From Oligoflexus sp. (GTDB taxonomy: Bacteria; Bdellovibrionota_B; Oligoflexia; Oligoflexales; Oligoflexaceae): a stretch of DNA of 64,000 nucleotides. Positions 58,450 through 64,000 of this stretch are shown here, piece after piece (positions within the stretch are counted from its first letter, which is position 1; every line of letters begins with the position of its first letter). The translations under genes and the position numbers were made by a program. Where the stretch lies: contig JBGSTX010000229.1 of assembly GCA_041736305.1 (NCBI GenBank), forward strand, positions 1 to 64,000, read 5' to 3'. The notes under the pieces were generated by a model, which saw only the letters and a list, made by a program, of their open reading frames with translations, was not told where the DNA came from and did no database searches.

Positions 58450-58464
58450 ACTCCAGGTTTCTTA

Positions 58465-58929
58465 TCAGCCAGCCGGCACCTGGCGATGCTGACAGAGGGC
58501 ATGACCCTGCACCCATGTAGTCTCGCCATCGAGGTAGTATTCTTTCTTCCAGATAGGCGTCCTGTGCTTCAGCTCGTCGATAATTGTTCGACAGACGCTG
58601 AAGGCTTCGTGACGATGCCGGCAGGTAGCAGCGACGAGCACGCTTGCTTCGCCAACCCCAAGGTAGCCCTGACGATGCACGATCGCGACATGGCCTTCAG
58701 GTTCCCACTGCGCTAGCGCCTCCTGGGCTATGATCTCGAGGCTTCTCTTCGCTAGTATCTCGTGCACATCATAAGCCACGCCTTTGACTTCACGACCGAG
58801 ATTGTGAGCGCGCACGCGCCCGACGAAGGAACACTCGCCGCCATGCTCTGGGGACGCTAGGGTTTTCAAGTAAGCTTCCGGGTCGAGGCGTTCACCGATG
58901 ATTTCGATGCGAATTCGCGGATGATCCAC
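58465..58929 (-). CDS. moaE: molybdopterin synthase catalytic subunit
   Basis: Motifs FVGRVR, VHRQG.L.VGEAS, HRHEAF and LKHRTPIWKKE. Confidence 0.93.
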   Translation of the reverse strand: MDHPRIRIEIIGERLDPEAYLKTLASPEHGGECSFVGRVRAHNLGREVKGVAYDVHEILAKRSLEIIAQEALAQWEPEGHVAIVHRQGYLGVGEASVLVAATCRHRHEAFSVCRTIIDELKHRTPIWKKEYYLDGETTWVQGHALCQHRQVPAG

Positions 58930-58931
58930 GC

Positions 58932-59198
58932 TCAGCCTCCGCAGACGGGAGGAATGAGAGATAGCACCTGATTCCCGTAGAGTCGGCGGTCCTGAGGCAG
59001 TATATCGGTCTGATCGGCAAAGACCGACCGATCGAGAAGATCCTGCGCACCGAGCATAGGCTTCATCTCTTCCAGCTTCAGCAGAACCGAACGCCGGAGT
59101 TCGTCGAGACCAACCCCATTTTCAACTGCAACGCGGATCGAAGGGTCATCTGAATAATCGCGAAAGGCTCCGTAAAGCCTAATTTCAAGCTCAATCAT
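58932..59198 (-). CDS. moaD: molybdopterin synthase sulfur carrier
   Basis: Ubiquitin-like size; C-terminal PPVCGG. Confidence 0.88.
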   Translation of the reverse strand: MIELEIRLYGAFRDYSDDPSIRVAVENGVGLDELRRSVLLKLEEMKPMLGAQDLLDRSVFADQTDILPQDRRLYGNQVLSLIPPVCGG

Positions 59199-60481
59199 GA
59201 ATAGGACTCCTGACTATGTAGACGATAAGTCGCGAGTAGCGCTCCGGCCTCGAGGCGCGTAGCATCAGAAGGCAGTACCGCCCAAACGTCCGTTTCAAGC
59301 AACGGGCTGATCAGGTGCGAACCTTGTCCGGCAAGGACCTCAGCCGTGAGACAGGCATCTTCTTCCCGCATCTTGGCTTTAAAAAAGCACATGAGACCCT
59401 GGGGTTTTTGTACTGCCTGCGCGAGGCGTGCCCAGCGGGGTCGTTCTTGTTCGATCCCTAAGAGAGCGCGAAAATAAGGCGAAGCGAAAAAACGCCAGCC
59501 AATCAGGGTCGAAATCGGATTGCCAGGCAAGCCGAAAAGCACGGGACCGCTAGCACTCTCTCCCCACTCGGCGAAGAGGATAGGTTTTCCCGGTCGAATA
59601 GCGACTTTATGAAAATGGCTCTGCCCGCCGAGACCTTTGATAACCTCATGCACAAAATCGTGGCGTCCCATGGAAACAGCACCTGTGCTGAGGATAACGT
59701 CGGGCTGTAGTTCGAGACAAAGATTCAACTCAGCGGCGAACATTTCCGGATCATCAGGCACCAGCTTATGCGCCACGAGCTCAAATATGGGATTCTGCAT
59801 GAGGGCGTCCAGGTAGGGCCCCGAAGCGTCTCGAATAGCCCCCTCACGAAGATCACCATCGGAGTAGCGCTGCAGTTCAGTGCCGGTACCGAGGACCGCG
59901 AGGCGAATAGGCTCATGAACTTTGAGCTCCGCGATACCGAGTGAAGCACAGGCCATGATCAACTGAGGACTGACAATCTCTCCTGCGGGAGCCAGTCTTT
60001 GGCCAACTTGAAAATCTTCGCCCGCCTTACGGATAAAATTTCCGGGCGCGTAGGCCTGGGAGATGGTGATCGTGCGCCCCTCACTGTTTTCTCCGAAGCG
60101 GATATCCTCGACTTTGACCACGGCATCGTACGGCGCACCGGGCATCATCGCCCCCGTAGTAATCTCATAGGCGCCTCCGCCTCTAACGGCTCGCGGTCCA
60201 TCACCCGCAGCGATAGTGCCGAAAATGGACAATTCAAGCGGATTTTCAGCCGAAGCACCAGCGGTACTCCGAGCTTCAATCGCAAAGCCATCCATCTGTG
60301 AATTGGCAAATGACGGGACCACCTCCGGACTCCGGAGTTCGACGGCCAAAACTCGTCCCAGGCAAGAGGCGAGAGGCAGATCTACCGCCTGCAGTCGTCC
60401 CTCTCGACGTCGAAGCTCAGCCCTTTTCAGTACTAGAGCCAAGGCTTTTTCGTAGCTGAGAAGGTCTTGATGCAGATCCAT
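59195..60481 (-). CDS. moeA: molybdopterin molybdotransferase
   Basis: Motifs SQMDGFA, ITTGA, TGAVSMG, IRPGKP and GLPGNP. Confidence 0.93.
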   Translation of the reverse strand: MDLHQDLLSYEKALALVLKRAELRRREGRLQAVDLPLASCLGRVLAVELRSPEVVPSFANSQMDGFAIEARSTAGASAENPLELSIFGTIAAGDGPRAVRGGGAYEITTGAMMPGAPYDAVVKVEDIRFGENSEGRTITISQAYAPGNFIRKAGEDFQVGQRLAPAGEIVSPQLIMACASLGIAELKVHEPIRLAVLGTGTELQRYSDGDLREGAIRDASGPYLDALMQNPIFELVAHKLVPDDPEMFAAELNLCLELQPDVILSTGAVSMGRHDFVHEVIKGLGGQSHFHKVAIRPGKPILFAEWGESASGPVLFGLPGNPISTLIGWRFFASPYFRALLGIEQERPRWARLAQAVQKPQGLMCFFKAKMREEDACLTAEVLAGQGSHLISPLLETDVWAVLPSDATRLEAGALLATYRLHSQESYS

Positions 60482-60499
60482 ACTAAGCCCTTTCTTAAA

Positions 60500-61549
60500 T
60501 CAACTAGAGCTTCGCGGGTGATTTTTGCCGCCACGAAGGGTGTGCAGAGCGTGTGGAAGTATAGGAAGCAGAGCCCCTAAACCTTCCTGCACAGCTTTGA
60601 GACTACCCGGCAGAGCGATGACCATGCTGTGCCCCAGCACGCCGGCTGCGCTTCTACTTAAGTAGGCGTGAGGTGTATGCTGCTGCCCAGAACTCCGCAG
60701 CAGTTCGCCAAAGCCCGGGATTTCTTTCTCCCACAGACCTTTGAGGGCCTCGGGAGTCAAATCTCGGGGTGAGAGACCAGTGCCCCCTGTACAAATAATG
60801 AGATCGGCACTCAAGCGTTCAGCAGCTTCCGAGACGACCTGGCGAATAGAATCAATTTCATCAGGCACCAGAAATTGCTGCCCGAGCCAGGCCCCCTCTG
60901 CTTCGAGGGCATCAGCCAGCCAACGGCCGGACAAATCATCGGCCAAACCCTCATAGCAGCTGTCGCTGATCGTCACTACTGCGACCCGCAGGCCCTCCAA
61001 ACGAGGTTTTTTCTCTACTGCGCGTCCGCCTTCAGACTTTCCTTTTTCAGCAGATTCCGTCTGCCGCTCCGGGTGAACCCAGACGCCACTCTTGCCACCC
61101 TCTTTACGCAGCAGCAGCAGATCGCCGATTTTCAGCGCGGGATCGGTGCCTTTGCACAGATCGTAGATCGTCAAGAGAGCGGCCTGTACTGCCAGCAGAG
61201 CTTCCATTTCTACGCCCGTCTTGGCGGTCGTTCGCACTTCGCTCGTCACCAGCACCGAATGAGTACTGTCTTCGAGTTTGCAGCTGAGACGAGCCGATTC
61301 GATTGGCAGAGGATGACAGAGGGGAATCATCAGCGCTGTATTTTTAGCAGCCATCACTCCGGCGATTTCGGCTAGAATAAGGGCATCGCCTTTAGGCAGA
61401 CGCCGTTCGCTCAGGAGTTCGTAAGCTAAGGGACCGACGAAGATTCTTCCTTCAGCCCAAGCTGTGCGTGCCGTAGCTTCTTTCGCCCCGACATCGATCA
61501 TGCGGAAATGTTCACCCACCGATACTGGCGAAGTGCTGGGTGTTTCCAT
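60500..61549 (-). CDS. moaC: MoaC fused to a MoaB/MogA domain
   Basis: GAGGG RBS; MIDV, IPLCHP and TGVEMEAL; C-terminal TISD, TGGTGLSPRDLTPEA and LPGS. Confidence 0.9.
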   Translation of the reverse strand: METPSTSPVSVGEHFRMIDVGAKEATARTAWAEGRIFVGPLAYELLSERRLPKGDALILAEIAGVMAAKNTALMIPLCHPLPIESARLSCKLEDSTHSVLVTSEVRTTAKTGVEMEALLAVQAALLTIYDLCKGTDPALKIGDLLLLRKEGGKSGVWVHPERQTESAEKGKSEGGRAVEKKPRLEGLRVAVVTISDSCYEGLADDLSGRWLADALEAEGAWLGQQFLVPDEIDSIRQVVSEAAERLSADLIICTGGTGLSPRDLTPEALKGLWEKEIPGFGELLRSSGQQHTPHAYLSRSAAGVLGHSMVIALPGSLKAVQEGLGALLPILPHALHTLRGGKNHPRSSS

Positions 61550-62495
61550 AAAGTCCCTCGTGTAAATCGTGCGAGTTTTTCTTGAGCCCCAGCAGCTGGA
61601 AAATCGCAGCGTGCAACTGGGGTGCTTGTTGGGGATCTTGGAGGAACTCTCGAATTGAATGCTGACCCTCACCGAAGAGGCAGAGTTTCAGTTCGCCCCG
61701 GCAGCTGATGCGGAGGCGATTGCATCCAGAACAAAAGTCGCGACTGTAAGGCGCGATCACTCCAATGCGGCCTCGATAATCTTCATGCTCATATTCGCGG
61801 GCAGGGCCATCGGTCGAAGAGCGGGCACGAAGCTGCCAGCCAGATTCGAGCAAATTCGACTCGACGCTTGCGGCTGATACGTGATGCTGAAGGAAGAAGT
61901 CTTGGTTGCCGCCGGTACGCATGAGTTCGATGTAGCGTACGCTGATGTTGCTCTCGCGTACGAAATCCATAAAACGCGGCAACTCGGTATCGTTTAGTCC
62001 GCGCAGCAGCACAGCGTTGACCTTGACCTTGAGCCCTGCTTGAGTCGCCGCCTCTATGCCTTCGCGGATGCTGGCCAGTCGGTCAGATCCGGTCACTTTC
62101 TGAAAAGATTCCTTATCGAGCGAATCGATCGACACATTGACAGCGTCTAGACCGGCCTCTAGAAGGCGAGGGAGCAGCTGCGTAAGGCGATAGCCATTGG
62201 TGGAAAGGGCGACCTCTTCGATGCCTGGAGTCTCTTTCGCTGCAGCCACCAGCTCAACAATGTCGCGCCTGAGGGTCGGTTCACCACCGGTCAGGCGTAC
62301 TTTCACGACTCCAAGAGCAGCAAAGCCCGCGATTAAATTTTGAAACTCGAGAGGGTTCAAGGGAGCCGCTGCTGTAGGATCTTTGCAGTAGCCTTGAGGG
62401 AGACAGTAGACGCAGCGGAAATTACAAGCATCGATGACGGAAACCCGAAGGTAGCGGAATCTACGACCAAAGCTGTCTTGCAGGCTAGTCTTCAT
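61512..62495 (-). CDS. moaA: GTP 3',8-cyclase (radical SAM)
   Basis: Motifs CNFRCVYC, LTGGEP and FCSGCNRLR...LKLCLF; C-terminal IGG. Confidence 0.95.
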   Translation of the reverse strand: MKTSLQDSFGRRFRYLRVSVIDACNFRCVYCLPQGYCKDPTAAAPLNPLEFQNLIAGFAALGVVKVRLTGGEPTLRRDIVELVAAAKETPGIEEVALSTNGYRLTQLLPRLLEAGLDAVNVSIDSLDKESFQKVTGSDRLASIREGIEAATQAGLKVKVNAVLLRGLNDTELPRFMDFVRESNISVRYIELMRTGGNQDFFLQHHVSAASVESNLLESGWQLRARSSTDGPAREYEHEDYRGRIGVIAPYSRDFCSGCNRLRISCRGELKLCLFGEGQHSIREFLQDPQQAPQLHAAIFQLLGLKKNSHDLHEGLYGNTQHFASIGG

Positions 62496-62513
62496 CGAAC
62501 CACCTTTGTAGAA

Positions 62514-62855
62514 CTACCTGGGCGCCTCTGTATAGCGGCGTTTATCTTCAGGCATACTGGAATTGAACGAGAAATCTCCGACTTTATAGTCAGGCGTCCA
62601 GTATAACTTAAGTTCTTTCGTCGCACTCTCACCGAATACACGATAGTTGTAAAATCCATAGGTCCAGGTCGGAGTGCCACCTGAACTGCCGACTGCCGTA
62701 GGCGCACCCAGCAATCGCTGCACCTCAGATTGGGAGGTCTGATTCTTGCGCAGCCAACTCAAGTCAGAAGAGAAGTCTTTCCCGCGCGTCACGCATCCGC
62801 CTAGAAAGACCGTCGTCATCATGGTCAAAAACAGGCGCCCTGTCAATTTCAGCAT
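62514..62855 (-). CDS. SmpA/BamE-domain lipoprotein
   Basis: Lipobox LGGC; TSQSEVQRLLGAP...WTY. Confidence 0.72.
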   Translation of the reverse strand: MLKLTGRLFLTMMTTVFLGGCVTRGKDFSSDLSWLRKNQTSQSEVQRLLGAPTAVGSSGGTPTWTYGFYNYRVFGESATKELKLYWTPDYKVGDFSFNSSMPEDKRRYTEAPR

Positions 62856-63928
62856 GATCTATCCTCTTTATCGATGAGCCCAAGTCGTTCTCCCCGGTAT
62901 CTACCATTCCGTATCGACTTGCACCAGTCTTCATTAGCCAGATACCAGGCTACTGTTCGCTCCAAACCCGATTCAAAAGTCTCGCGCGCTCGCCACCTAA
63001 GTTCCGTTTGAATCTTGCGACAATCGATTGCGTAGCGACGATCGTGTCCGGGGCGATCGGCGACGAAGCTGATGAGTTCGGCATAAGGACGTCCGCTCGC
63101 TCGGGGCCGCTTTCGATCGAGGAGACTACAGACGTAGCGCACCAGCTCGATATTCTCTTTTTCACTGTTGCCGCCGATATTGTAGGTTTCTCCAGGACGA
63201 CCTTGCTCGGCTGCCGCTAAAAGGCCTCGCACGTGATCAGCCACATAGAGCCAGTCCCTTACGTTTTTTCCGTCACCGTAGATTGGCAGCGGCTGTTCAG
63301 CCAGCGCTTTGCTGATAATAAGTGGCAGAAGTTTTTCAGGAAACTGAAAAGGTCCGTAGTTATTCGAGCAGTTGGTCGTTATGGTCGGCAAGCCATAGGT
63401 ATGAAAATAGGCACGCACCAGATGATCCGATCCGGCTTTGCTCGCAGCGTAGGGACTGTTGGGTTCGTAGGCTTTGCTCTCGGTGAAAGCTGGATCGGAG
63501 GGACTGAGGCTCCCGTAAACCTCATCGGTCGAAACATGCACAAAGCGAAAATTCGTGCGATCGGTCGGACTCAACTGCTGCCAGAAGAGGCGCGTTTGTT
63601 CGAGGAGATGAAACGTACCCACCACGTTGGTGCGAATAAAAGCTTCAGGATCTGCTATCGAACGATCGACATGTGATTCAGCGGCCAGGTGGAAGACGCG
63701 CGAGGGCTGGTATTGCTGGAACAGTTTCTTGAGCAATTCCGGGTTGGCAATATCGCCCGCGACGAAAATATGCTCCGGATCAGCGTCTAAGGCCCGCAAA
63801 TTATCCCTGTTTCCAGCATACGTCAATTTATCAAGATTGATCACCCGAGCCAGCTTATTTTCCCGAACATGGAGGACAAAGTTCGATCCGATAAATCCGG
63901 CTCCACCCGTGATCAAGTAAGTTTGCAC
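62849..63928 (-). CDS. rfbB: dTDP-glucose 4,6-dehydratase
   Basis: GGAG with GTG start; TGGAGFIG, HLAAESHVDRSI, STDEVYG, YAASK and DRPGHDRRY. Confidence 0.95.
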   Translation of the reverse strand: MQTYLITGGAGFIGSNFVLHVRENKLARVINLDKLTYAGNRDNLRALDADPEHIFVAGDIANPELLKKLFQQYQPSRVFHLAAESHVDRSIADPEAFIRTNVVGTFHLLEQTRLFWQQLSPTDRTNFRFVHVSTDEVYGSLSPSDPAFTESKAYEPNSPYAASKAGSDHLVRAYFHTYGLPTITTNCSNNYGPFQFPEKLLPLIISKALAEQPLPIYGDGKNVRDWLYVADHVRGLLAAAEQGRPGETYNIGGNSEKENIELVRYVCSLLDRKRPRASGRPYAELISFVADRPGHDRRYAIDCRKIQTELRWRARETFESGLERTVAWYLANEDWCKSIRNGRYRGERLGLIDKEDRSC

Positions 63929-64000
63929 TCTGAACTCCGTCCGTCCTGAATATAAAGCCTCATAGTCGACGAGTTTGTGAAGCTCGTCAAATATCAACTT

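Noticed and set aside
56640-58460. IS or prophage carrying hipBA
   Set aside because: No transposase, integrase, terminal repeats or target-site duplication was seen.
61550-61672. N-terminal extension of MoaC
   Set aside because: It lies inside moaA. The ATG at 61549 has an RBS.

Overview
Gene-dense bacterial chromosomal window. The many orphan lipoproteins, c-type heme proteins, transglutaminase-elicitor homologues and FliA-like promoters suggest a Bdellovibrionota/Oligoflexia-like organism; this is inference only. Housekeeping content: rsmI, a 6S RNA not shown in the ORF track, an aspartate aminotransferase, pheS-pheT, a PpiC foldase, bluB, hflX, a molybdenum-cofactor operon and rfbB. Accessory content: (i) a coupled DUF2868-like / GTPase / PLD-DedA / EEP operon; (ii) a sigma54-driven structured RNA with its own terminator, upstream of a secreted Cys/His-Gly repeat protein; (iii) a crtY-crtE-crtI-crtB carotenoid operon with an orphan His/carboxylate membrane protein and a glycosyltransferase but no crtZ; (iv) a 5'-truncated vanadium-haloperoxidase-like remnant; (v) a PETase/cutinase-like lipoprotein; (vi) three tandem oomycete-GP42-type transglutaminase lipoproteins with a rearranged catalytic motif; (vii) an operon encoding a lipoprotein with five FN3 and three cytochrome c domains, a DUF1588/1585-like heme protein and a Tat-exported DUF1501-like protein; (viii) an AT-rich hipBA-like module with repeated operator half-sites. 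The best candidates for undescribed systems are (vi), (vii), (ii) and the orphan gene in (iii). No CRISPR array, tRNA, rRNA or transposase was recognised. All family assignments come from motifs read by eye, not from database searches.
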